A DNA stretch of 64,000 nt from Bacilli bacterium. Its GTDB lineage: Bacteria; Bacillota_I; Bacilli_A; RF39; UBA660. The DNA lies in the NCBI GenBank assembly GCA_017441065.1, contig JAFSAI010000037.1:6065-70064 (forward strand), written 5' to 3'. Below, one piece after another: positions 29,191 to 37,660 of the stretch. The first letter of the stretch is position 1. Each line of letters opens with the position of its first letter. Below the pieces are notes generated by a model. The model had not been told where the DNA came from, made no database searches, and was given only the letters and a program-made list of their open reading frames with translations. Made by a program: the position numbers and the translations under genes.

Positions 29191-31734
29191 TTAATTTAAT
29201 TCTGTAGAATCATCACTATTATCATTGTCTTGATTATCTTCAACAAAGTCATTTACATTATTATCTATAGTCTTAGCAGATATTGTATGTCCAGTACTTC
29301 TATTAGATTTAAATAGTGAATAAGCTGTTTTAACAACAAATTCATATTCGCCACCGGAAGGTACTATATAAGTAAATGTTGGCATATTAGTAAATCCAAT
29401 ATAAGTTTCAACACCATTATTTTTTAGATATATTTCATATCCTAAAGTACCAAGAGTAGTACTATTATATGCAATTCTTGCATCATAATATTTAGTTGCA
29501 TAATCACCATAATATTCATTAAAATGATTTGTTAAATAATTATTATCAATTGCTTCAGGAGTTTTTATACCATCCCATTTTAGATTGATTGTATTACCAC
29601 TATAAGTATAACTTCCATTAGTTGGATTATCTAATGTTGCATATCTTTTAGAAATTTCTGTAGGTTCTGTTCCTTTTACAAAATATTCTTCTACACACAT
29701 TGTACTAGGAGTATGTTCACTACATAATTGTGCAGGGAATGTTTCAAGTTCAACACTTATTTTTGTTAATGTTTTAGGAACTTTAAATGATTCATTCTTT
29801 TCATGTATCTTTGTTGCAAGACCATTCATTATTCTTCTTCTTGCTGTACCACCAGTATCACTAGTTAAATAATATTTATTTTCTTTTGCATTTTTTTCTA
29901 TTTGATCATAACCATACCATAGAGATATAGAGTATGATGGAGAATAACTAACAATCCATACATCCATTAATGCTCCACCAGGAAGATTATATTTCTCTTT
30001 AGTCTTTTTATCTAAGTTAGTTGTACCTGTTTTACCAGCAACGGTAGTACCACCAGGACCTTTACCACCATAAGCATCAAGTAATATATTATTAATCATA
30101 TAAGCAGTAGATTCTTCCATTACTTGTTTTTTAGTATAACTATAATTTGTTTCATCTCCAGTGACATTATTAACAACTTTAGTATATGCATAAGGTTCTA
30201 TATAATATCCACCTCTTGCAAATGTTCCGTAAGCTGCTGATAATTCAATTGGTGATGTTCCATCAAAACCACCTATAGCAGCAGATTCATATAAATCTCT
30301 ACCATAATCTATTCCAACACTATGAACAAAATCTTTTATGATATCAGGATCTAATGCATAAACCTTTTTAAATGCAAGTAGTGCAGGAATATTTCTTGAA
30401 TCATCTAATGCGTAACGCATTGAAATTAATCCTTTATAATTTCTATCATAGTTTGAAATACTAGCACCGTTTGAATACGTTGTAGGTTCATCTAAGAACA
30501 TATCATAACTACTTTGGCTAATATGTTCGATATACATCGCATAATCGAGTAGTGGTTTAGCTGTAGAACCAGGTTGATTTCTAACAGTAGCTCTATTTAA
30601 ACCTTGAGCAGCATAATTTCTACCACCTGATATTGCTACTAAAGAACCGTCATCTGTACTTGTTACAGCAATACTTTCTTGAACTTTATCATTTGGAAAT
30701 TCGTATATTTCACCATTTTCAACTTGTTCTAATACATTTTGAATTTTTGGATCAAATGTTGTGTAAATTGATAATGATACTTGTCTTGGATTCATACCTG
30801 TTTTTTCTGTAACTTCATTTAAAACATAATCAATAAATGCTTGGTTACTTTCTACAGTAATACCACTATTTTCTTTAGTAACTAACATACTATCTATTGG
30901 AATATCTAAAACAGCTTCTTTTTGTTCTTCAGTAATATATCCGTGTCTTACTAACAATTTTAATACTGTAGTTTGTCTATTACGGCATCCTTCAGGATTC
31001 CTATATGGATTATATAAATATGGATTTTGGAACATACCGGCCATTAGAGAAGCTTCAGCTAAATTTATGTCTTTAACAGATTTACCAAAGTAATATTGAC
31101 TAGCTCGTTCAACACCTTCAATACCAGATGTATTAACACTACCAGAGTTAGCAAACCATTGACTGTTTAAGTAGAATTCAATAATTTCTTCTTTAGTATA
31201 ATTAGCTTCTAATTTAAATACTGACATATAAATGTCTCTAAATTTTCTTATAAAGCTTTGAACTGTATTTTCTCGTTCACCTTTTTTTGTATAAGTGTTT
31301 TTTATAACTTGCATTGATAGAGTAGAAGCTCCACCTGCGGTATCAGAACCAACTAATTGTAAAACAGATGCTTTTAAAAATCTGAACAAGTCTAATCCGT
31401 TGTGTTGGAAGAATCTTGAATCTTCTGTTGCTACTAGTGAATCAACTAATACATCGGGAAGTTCATCATATGTTACAATAGCACTATCTTCAGCCCCGAC
31501 TCTAGCAAATTCTTTACCATACTTATCATATAAAACTGTTGGTTCAGTTTGATATAATTCATTTTTTTCAAAATCAGGACTAGATATTACTATATATAAT
31601 GCAAATACTAGGCAAATACTTATTACTACAATAGCTATTGCTAATATAATACTAAGTATTGTTTTCCAAGTTGATTTTTTTGACTTTATTTTTTTTGCCT
31701 TTGTTGGTCTCTTTTTTAATTTAATTTTCTTCAT
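29191..31734 (-). CDS. ponA: Class A penicillin-binding protein (PBP1A/1B; glycosyltransferase plus transpeptidase)
   Basis: GT51 motifs ATEDSRFFQHNG and RKFRD, and transpeptidase motifs STAKP, SRN and KTGTT. I chose the ATG at 31734, 8 nt after GGAGG. It lies downstream of recU, as in Bacillus. Confidence 0.85.
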   Translation of the reverse strand: MKKIKLKKRPTKAKKIKSKKSTWKTILSIILAIAIVVISICLVFALYIVISSPDFEKNELYQTEPTVLYDKYGKEFARVGAEDSAIVTYDELPDVLVDSLVATEDSRFFQHNGLDLFRFLKASVLQLVGSDTAGGASTLSMQVIKNTYTKKGERENTVQSFIRKFRDIYMSVFKLEANYTKEEIIEFYLNSQWFANSGSVNTSGIEGVERASQYYFGKSVKDINLAEASLMAGMFQNPYLYNPYRNPEGCRNRQTTVLKLLVRHGYITEEQKEAVLDIPIDSMLVTKENSGITVESNQAFIDYVLNEVTEKTGMNPRQVSLSIYTTFDPKIQNVLEQVENGEIYEFPNDKVQESIAVTSTDDGSLVAISGGRNYAAQGLNRATVRNQPGSTAKPLLDYAMYIEHISQSSYDMFLDEPTTYSNGASISNYDRNYKGLISMRYALDDSRNIPALLAFKKVYALDPDIIKDFVHSVGIDYGRDLYESAAIGGFDGTSPIELSAAYGTFARGGYYIEPYAYTKVVNNVTGDETNYSYTKKQVMEESTAYMINNILLDAYGGKGPGGTTVAGKTGTTNLDKKTKEKYNLPGGALMDVWIVSYSPSYSISLWYGYDQIEKNAKENKYYLTSDTGGTARRRIMNGLATKIHEKNESFKVPKTLTKISVELETFPAQLCSEHTPSTMCVEEYFVKGTEPTEISKRYATLDNPTNGSYTYSGNTINLKWDGIKTPEAIDNNYLTNHFNEYYGDYATKYYDARIAYNSTTLGTLGYEIYLKNNGVETYIGFTNMPTFTYIVPSGGEYEFVVKTAYSLFKSNRSTGHTISAKTIDNNVNDFVEDNQDNDNSDDSTELN

Positions 31735-32299
31735 TTTTATAACCTCCAATTATATCGACATACTTTAGATAATTTAAACCTTTAGTATAATTATATTCTA
31801 ATTCATAACCAAATTCTTTTATATAATCATATGGAATACTTTTTCTTGTATTGTTATCTATAAATGATATAAAATCAGGACCATTCAATAAATAACATAT
31901 TCCATTAATTCTAATTATTAAAAATACAATCCCGTCATGTTTTATTACATTTCTAATATGTTTTATTTGATGTTCGTGAACATTACTTAAAGGGAAAGAT
32001 GTTTTAGATTCGGTGTTTTTGGCATCAAATTCTATATATTTTCCTTTATAAAGCCCATTATAGTCTAAAGTTGATGGACTAGCAAAATATGCTTTTTCTA
32101 TTATTTGTTTATTATTTTCATAATTTACTTTAACCACACCAATAGGAGTAGGTTTTTTATATATTAGAGCAATATCTTTTGAAAGCAAATATTCATTTGT
32201 ATCATTTATAATATTTTCTAAGTCCATACCTCTATTAGCATAGCTTATTGTTTTATGATATTCCCGATTTATTTTATTAGGATAATTCACACATTTCAC
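31721..32299 (-). CDS. recU: Holliday junction resolvase RecU
   Basis: YANRGMDLENIINDTNEY...KKPTPIGVV...DYNGLYKGKYIEFDAK...SFPLSNVHEHQIKH matches B. subtilis RecU closely. Confidence 0.85.
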   Translation of the reverse strand: MKCVNYPNKINREYHKTISYANRGMDLENIINDTNEYLLSKDIALIYKKPTPIGVVKVNYENNKQIIEKAYFASPSTLDYNGLYKGKYIEFDAKNTESKTSFPLSNVHEHQIKHIRNVIKHDGIVFLIIRINGICYLLNGPDFISFIDNNTRKSIPYDYIKEFGYELEYNYTKGLNYLKYVDIIGGYKNEEN

Positions 32300-32358
32300 C
32301 TATTAATTATTATATCAAATATTCGCTTATTTTTAAACTATTTGACTATTAAAAAAGC

Positions 32359-33324
32359 TTACTTTACAAAGTAAGCATAATATTCATCAAAAGTAATATG
32401 GTTTTCATAAATATATGTTGCAGCTTCAATCCCAACATAACGATAATGCCAAGATTCAAAAGAGTAGCCAGTTACGTCTTCTTTATCTTCTGGATATCTT
32501 AAAATAAATCCATATTTATGAGCATTATCTAAAAGCCAAGCATAAGATTCTGTCTCATGAAAAGTTTTTTGAGTACTTCCTTTTTCAAACATATCAATAA
32601 CATATCCTGTTTGGTGTTCTGAATAACCAGCTCGAGCAGCAATTGAATCAGCATATTCAGTTCCTCTAGAATCTTTATAATCATTATATACAGATTGTTG
32701 ATGGTTATAATCTCTATAAGCAGAACTAACCATTAAATAATATCCTTGTTCATGTGAATCATTCCATAAATTCATGAATGCATCATAAGTTTCTTGAGTA
32801 ACTTTTTTACTTCCATATTCACCCCAAGCGTAAGTAGTAGAAATACTAACTAAAGTTTCTGGCTTATATGATTCATCTAAATAATGATATTTATTAACTA
32901 ACATCAATTCTTTATCTGAAATACTAGTCTTAGTTGTTTCAGTATAATATTCTTTATCAGTTTCTGTATTAATAATTTCTACTATATTAGTAAGAGGTTT
33001 ATCTAAATGTTCTTTTTGATAATCTATATATTCATAAAAATTATCATATATAAAATACTTTTCATTAACTAAATTTAAATAGTTATCGTTTTTTTCATTT
33101 TGTAATATATATTCAATTTCAGTTTCTTTGAATTTATCGAGAATAGTATCTATTTCATTTTCATTATAACCAATATTTGTTAACTTATATTCATAAGTTT
33201 TTTCGTATTGTTTTTGATTATATATCTTTATATATGAAAATATTCCAATACAAAGTAGAAGTGCTAATAAAATAACTATTCCAAATAATTTTTTTACTCC
33301 TTTTTTTATTTTGAGTTTTCCCAT
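32359..33324 (-). CDS. VanY/M15B-type D-alanyl-D-alanine carboxypeptidase, membrane anchored
   Basis: SAYRDYNHQ...SEHQTGYVIDM...ESWHYRYVG are the zinc ligands of M15B. The start at 33324 gives better spacing from AGGAG than 33330. Confidence 0.75.
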   Translation of the reverse strand: MGKLKIKKGVKKLFGIVILLALLLCIGIFSYIKIYNQKQYEKTYEYKLTNIGYNENEIDTILDKFKETEIEYILQNEKNDNYLNLVNEKYFIYDNFYEYIDYQKEHLDKPLTNIVEIINTETDKEYYTETTKTSISDKELMLVNKYHYLDESYKPETLVSISTTYAWGEYGSKKVTQETYDAFMNLWNDSHEQGYYLMVSSAYRDYNHQQSVYNDYKDSRGTEYADSIAARAGYSEHQTGYVIDMFEKGSTQKTFHETESYAWLLDNAHKYGFILRYPEDKEDVTGYSFESWHYRYVGIEAATYIYENHITFDEYYAYFVK

Positions 33325-33401
33325 AATCATTACTCCTTTATTATATATTTAAATTGTAACACATATGATAAGAACTTGCATTAATTTCTTGGATAAAAAA
33401 G

Positions 33402-33430
33402 TTGTTATCAAAACAAATGTTTGGTATAAT
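33402..33430 (+). promoter_or_regulatory. Promoter of the small-peptide (toxin-like) transcript, locus 2
   Basis: TTGTTA (33402-07), a 17-nt spacer, then an extended -10 TGgTATAAT (33422-30). Confidence 0.55.
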
Positions 33431-33498
33431 AATTTTGGAACGTTTTAGTAGCTAGGTGCTTACCAGCTTTAATTTATTAAAGTGGATTGGAGGTGGCT

Positions 33499-33597
33499 AT
33501 GAGTAAGAAAGATTTTATAATCCTATTACTATTCATAATAATATTTTCTCTTATTCTTATTATATTAGAGATTATAAAAAAAGCACCATCCCTATAG
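33499..33597 (+). CDS. 32-aa hydrophobic peptide, candidate type I toxin (MSKKDFIILLLFIIIFSLILIILEIIKKAPSL)
   Basis: Not in the ORF track. SD GGAGGTGG lies 3 nt upstream. The peptide has a single TM helix and shares the C-terminal (L/I)EI(I)K(K/N)A motif and flanking RNA features with the 17912..18016 peptide. Confidence 0.5.
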   Translation: MSKKDFIILLLFIIIFSLILIILEIIKKAPSL

Positions 33598-33650
33598 GAT
33601 AGTGCACCGCAAACCGGTAAGCACTTAGCATCTTCATACTAAAGTGTTCC
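33576..33650 (-). ncRNA. Candidate cis-antisense sRNA (antitoxin-like), locus 2
   Basis: The minus-strand terminator is gcactatcc/ggatggtgc (33605-33583) followed by U7 (33582-33576), again with G-U on the minus strand and C-A on the plus strand. The upstream promoter is weak or ambiguous (TAAAAT or TAGTAT as -10 candidates), so the 5' end is uncertain. Confidence 0.35.
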
Positions 33651-33730
33651 TTTTTTATTTTATGAAGATTTTTTCTTCATATTCATAATAACATAAAAGC
33701 GACTTATTAACAAGTCGCTTTAATTATCAA

Positions 33731-33807
33731 TGGTGTCTCCGAGGTGATTCGAACACCTGACCGATCGCTTAGAAGGCGATTGCTCTATCCAGCTGAGCTA
33801 CGGGGAC
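33731..33807 (-). tRNA. tRNA-Arg (anticodon UCU)
   Basis: The reverse complement GUCCCCGUAGCUCAGCUGGAUAGAGCAAUCGCCUUCUAAGCGAUCGGUCAGGUGUUCGAAUCACCUCGGAGACACCA folds as a cloverleaf. Anticodon loop is CUUCUAA, T-loop is UUCGAAU, and CCA is encoded. There is one C-A mismatch in the acceptor stem. Confidence 0.9.
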
Positions 33808-33878
33808 AACTTGAACAATTAAAATTATATAACAATATTTAAAAAAATTCAACAAAAAACAGCTAAATAACTAGCTGT

Positions 33879-34811
33879 TTAAAGAAAAAATACATCAATT
33901 AACATATTATCAACATAAAAAATGGTTTCATTTATGTTATAAGTATCTCTAATAGATAGGGCAATCGAGTATTTAACTTCTTCAATAATTTTATCTTCTT
34001 CTAAACTTAAAACTTCATTATTAAAACTTAAATTAACTGAATTTTCAAGTATTTCATAATCTAATAATTCTGCGGATGTAGCCAGGTAACTTATCAGATT
34101 TGTTTGATATGTTGGGGATGTTTTTAATTTTTCAATAATAACTTCAACTTTTTCGTTTTTTGTATTTGTTATTGTTGTTACTGGTGTAAAATAAGAGTAA
34201 CCTTCAATTTTACTTACATAATAAGTGGTTATTTTAGTTATGTCTTTCATACTTTCAAGTTCATAAACTTTATTTATCCCATATGATCTATCTAATGTAA
34301 GCGGAAGAGTTTTTTTACTATTAGGAAGTTCTTTTAAATTTTCTCCCTCAACAAAAATCATAATTTTTTTAACATCTTTTATTTCTGTAAGAGAATAGAT
34401 AATTGATTCAATCATTTTTTCTTCATTATCTTTATTAATATTTAATAATTCTTTAGTAAAATTTATTTTTAATAATCCGTCATTTAAATCTTTATTAATA
34501 ATCTTAGTGTTCTTAGGTATTATTTTTTTAAAATTATTTGGAATATGACTAGTACTATTATTATCAATTGTTAAATTATTTATTACTTCATCAACAAGCT
34601 CTAATGAGTTTTTGCTTTTTTGAATAATTTCAAATCTAGAAACTAAATTATTATTATCAACGAGGTAAATAGGAATAGTTTTAGGATTACTATAAGTAAG
34701 AGTAGTGTTAATATTATAATTTTCTGTAGTAGGAAAAAAGTAAATAATTAAAAGAATAAGAAAAGAAAGTGATGTAATAATAATCTTTTTAAGAGCTAAT
34801 CTCTTAATCAT
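33879..34811 (-). CDS. GerM-like (GerMN domain) sporulation/germination protein, membrane anchored
   Basis: N-terminal TM anchor followed by two GerMN-like segments (LLKINFTKELL...MIESIIYSLTEIKDVKKIMIFVEGE). I chose the ATG at 34811, 5 nt after AGGTGG. Confidence 0.55.
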   Translation of the reverse strand: MIKRLALKKIIITSLSFLILLIIYFFPTTENYNINTTLTYSNPKTIPIYLVDNNNLVSRFEIIQKSKNSLELVDEVINNLTIDNNSTSHIPNNFKKIIPKNTKIINKDLNDGLLKINFTKELLNINKDNEEKMIESIIYSLTEIKDVKKIMIFVEGENLKELPNSKKTLPLTLDRSYGINKVYELESMKDITKITTYYVSKIEGYSYFTPVTTITNTKNEKVEVIIEKLKTSPTYQTNLISYLATSAELLDYEILENSVNLSFNNEVLSLEEDKIIEEVKYSIALSIRDTYNINETIFYVDNMLIDVFFL

Positions 34812-34876
34812 TGAAACCACCTAATTAATTATATTTCAAAACAAATTTAATAATACAAAAAAAGCCTTATTGGCTT

Positions 34877-35083
34877 TTAAATTTCTAATTCACCTAATTT
34901 TAATAATTCGACTACAGCTTGAGCTCGGCTTTTAACTCCTAATTTCTGCATTGTATTTGAAATGTGATTTCGTACTGTTTTTTCACTAATGCCTAAAAAT
35001 TCTGCAATTTCTTTTGTACTTTTATTTAACACTAGTAATTCAAAGACTTCTTGTTCGCGATTAGTTAATATTCCCTTAGTCAT
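34877..35083 (-). CDS. gerE: Spore-coat gene regulator GerE (LuxR-type HTH)
   Basis: LTNREQEVFELLVLNKSTKEIAEFLGISEKTVRNHISNTMQKLGVKSRAQAVVELLKLGELEI is near-collinear with B. subtilis GerE. Confidence 0.85.
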   Translation of the reverse strand: MTKGILTNREQEVFELLVLNKSTKEIAEFLGISEKTVRNHISNTMQKLGVKSRAQAVVELLKLGELEI

Positions 35084-35149
35084 TATCTCTTCCTTTCATA
35101 CTTTCATAGTATTTTATGAGAGCTGAAGGCTTTTGGTGTAATTTAAAAC

Positions 35150-35593
35150 TTATATTTTATTATTTTCATCTATTTTTCCCAAAAGATAATCCATTGAGTA
35201 ATTATATCTTTTAGCAAGTTCATATAAAAGTAGAGTAGGTATTTGATATTTTCCATACTCATAACCTGTCCAAGTACTTCTAGATGTATTTAATATTTTA
35301 GCAATTTCCTTTTGAGTTAATTTATTTTCTTTGCGACAATTTTTTAATCTTTCTTTTAATAGATTTTTATTAATATTAATTTTAGAATTATCATACTTTT
35401 TTTTAGAACTTAAACCCATGGCATAATCAATAGATATATCAAAATAATTACATAAGTTATTTAAATGGTTAATTGGTATAGTATCTCTTTCTATTTCATA
35501 AGATGTGTACGTGGAACGATTAATACCTAAAATATTAGCAATATCAATTTGTCTTAAATTCCTTTCTTCACGGATGTTTCTTAAGTGTTCCAT
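35150..35593 (-). CDS. XRE-family regulator with two tandem HTH_3 domains
   Basis: Contains LRQIDIANILGINRSTYTSYE and LTQKEIAKILNTSRSTWTGYE. I prefer the ATG at 35593 over the TTG at 35599. Confidence 0.75.
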   Translation of the reverse strand: MEHLRNIREERNLRQIDIANILGINRSTYTSYEIERDTIPINHLNNLCNYFDISIDYAMGLSSKKKYDNSKININKNLLKERLKNCRKENKLTQKEIAKILNTSRSTWTGYEYGKYQIPTLLLYELAKRYNYSMDYLLGKIDENNKI

Positions 35594-35674
35594 ACTCAAT
35601 TATCCTTTCTGAAGGTTATTATAAATGTTAAAATATATTAGATTTTAAAATGTGTATATATTCGGACATTTTTC

Positions 35675-35703
35675 TTGATTAGGAAAATTTTGTATGCTAT
35701 ACT
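35675..35703 (+). promoter_or_regulatory. Promoter of a candidate sRNA
   Basis: TTGATT (35675-80), a 17-nt spacer, then an extended -10 TGcTATACT (35695-703). Confidence 0.5.
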
Positions 35704-35709
35704 TTTTTT

Positions 35710-35833
35710 TGTTAAGTAATTTGTTACTTAACTTCGCTGAAGTCAGATGATAAAGACATTAAAACATGACCACTTCAGACATTTTGTCGCATGTCTGATA
35801 GATTTTTACATAAGAGTCTTCGGGCTCTTTTTT
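35710..35833 (+). ncRNA. Candidate stand-alone sRNA (about 120 nt), class not recognised
   Basis: Contains a 5' hairpin gttaagtaa/ttacttaac, two partly overlapping 7-bp stems (ctgaagt/acttcag and cagacat/atgtctg), and a terminator agagtc-TTCG-ggctct plus T6 (35813-33). rlmN has its own TGtTACAAT promoter further downstream. Confidence 0.45.
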
Positions 35834-35907
35834 ATTTTTTATAGGAATTTTGTCAATTAATTAATGATTTTTGTTACAATTTAACAAAATTATAGTAAAA
35901 TTAAGTT

Positions 35908-36918
35908 ATGAGAAATTTAATGGATTTAAGTATTAGTGATTTAGAAAATTATTTTATAAGTATAGGCGAGAAAAAATTTAAAGCTATACAAGTTTTTGAA
36001 TGGTTATATATACATAAAGAAAGAGATATAACTAATTTTACAAATTTAAAAAAAGAGTTGAGAGATAAATTAAATGAAAACTTTAATTTAGATTTTATAT
36101 CAATTAAAAGAAAAGAAGAAGGTCATTTAGTAAAAAAATATTTGTTTGAACTAAAAGATAATAATTATGTTGAAGCTGTTTTGATGGAACATGATTATGG
36201 TTTAAGTGTTTGTGTATCTAGTCAAGTTGGTTGTAATATGGGGTGCAAATTCTGTGAAAGTGGAAGACTTAAAAAGGTAAGAAACTTAGAAACACACGAA
36301 ATGGTTCAACAAATAATTTTAATTGAAGAAGACATAGGTAAAAAAATTCAAAGTGTAGTAATAATGGGTATTGGTGAACCTTTTGATAATTATGATAATG
36401 TTATAAATTTTATAAAAGTAATTAATCACGCTAAAGGATTATCTATTGGAGCAAGACATATTACAGTTTCAACTTGTGGATTAGTTCCGAAAATAAATGA
36501 GTTTAGTAATTTAGATTTACAAGTTAATTTGGCACTTTCTTTGCATGCTCCGAATGATGAAATAAGAAATAGAATTATGCCTGTAAACAAAGCGTATAAT
36601 ATAGGTGAAGTAATGAAAGCAATAAAGGCATATATTAGTAAAACTAATAGACGTGTTACTATAGAATATGTTATGCTTAATATGGTAAATGATAGTGTAG
36701 ATAATGCCAAAGAATTAGCAAATCTTTTAAGAGGCATGAATGTTTACGTTAATTTGATACCATATAATGAAACTAATAATTTAGATTTTAAGAAAAGCGA
36801 AAGAATAAAAGAATTCAAAGATACATTATTAAACTGTGGAATTAATGTTACTGTAAGACGTGAATTTGGCGGTAATATTAGTGCTGCTTGTGGACAACTT
36901 AGAAGCAAAGAGGTGTAA
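35908..36918 (+). CDS. rlmN: 23S rRNA/tRNA m2A methyltransferase RlmN (radical SAM)
   Basis: Radical SAM motif SSQVGCNMGCKFCESG, GIGEP and CGQL. The start may be the ATG at 35920 instead. Confidence 0.85.
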   Translation: MRNLMDLSISDLENYFISIGEKKFKAIQVFEWLYIHKERDITNFTNLKKELRDKLNENFNLDFISIKRKEEGHLVKKYLFELKDNNYVEAVLMEHDYGLSVCVSSQVGCNMGCKFCESGRLKKVRNLETHEMVQQIILIEEDIGKKIQSVVIMGIGEPFDNYDNVINFIKVINHAKGLSIGARHITVSTCGLVPKINEFSNLDLQVNLALSLHAPNDEIRNRIMPVNKAYNIGEVMKAIKAYISKTNRRVTIEYVMLNMVNDSVDNAKELANLLRGMNVYVNLIPYNETNNLDFKKSERIKEFKDTLLNCGINVTVRREFGGNISAACGQLRSKEV

Positions 36919-36920
36919 AA

Positions 36921-37658
36921 ATGAAAGCATGTTATATGACTGATTCAGGGCGTGTAAGAAGCCATAATGAAGATAGTGTTACAATACTTAAAAATGCTAG
37001 TGATGAATATTTATTAATAGTAGCAGATGGTATGGGTGGACATAGAAAAGGTGAAGTAGCATCAAGCATAGCGGTATCTCGTTTAGGAAAAAGATTTAAT
37101 GATACTCCAAGTATTGGTTCAAAATTAGATGCAGTTAATTGGTTAAATGATAATATAAATGAAATAAATAAAGAAATATTAGAATATGGTGAAAGAAATG
37201 TCGATTCTAAAGGTCTTGGAACTACAGTAGTTGTTTCTTTGCTTACTAAAAATTATTTGATTTTTGGTAACATAGGAGATTCTTCTGGATTTGTAATCAA
37301 AAACAACAAATTACATAAAGTTACTAAAGATCATACATTAGTTAATTTACTTGTAGATGCTGGAAACTTAACTGAAGATGAAGCAAAAACTCATCCAAAG
37401 AAAAATGTTTTAATGAAAGCTTTAGGAGCTTCAGAAAAAGCAGAGCTTGATATATTTGATGTTGATATGGAAAGTGAAGCTATAATGTTATGTAGTGATG
37501 GACTTACTAATATGTTAACTGAAGAACAAATAGAAAAAGTTTTAATTGATGAAGAACTAGAAGCTGAAGAAAAAGTTGAAAAACTTATTATGAAATGTAA
37601 TGCTAGAGGTGGAAATGATAATATTTCTATTGCATATCTTACAAGGAATGGTGAATAA
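36921..37658 (+). CDS. prpC: PP2C-type Ser/Thr phosphatase
   Basis: DSGRVRSHNEDS...ADGMGGH...GTT...SDGL...GGNDNIS. Confidence 0.85.
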   Translation: MKACYMTDSGRVRSHNEDSVTILKNASDEYLLIVADGMGGHRKGEVASSIAVSRLGKRFNDTPSIGSKLDAVNWLNDNINEINKEILEYGERNVDSKGLGTTVVVSLLTKNYLIFGNIGDSSGFVIKNNKLHKVTKDHTLVNLLVDAGNLTEDEAKTHPKKNVLMKALGASEKAELDIFDVDMESEAIMLCSDGLTNMLTEEQIEKVLIDEELEAEEKVEKLIMKCNARGGNDNISIAYLTRNGE

Positions 37659-37660
37659 AT

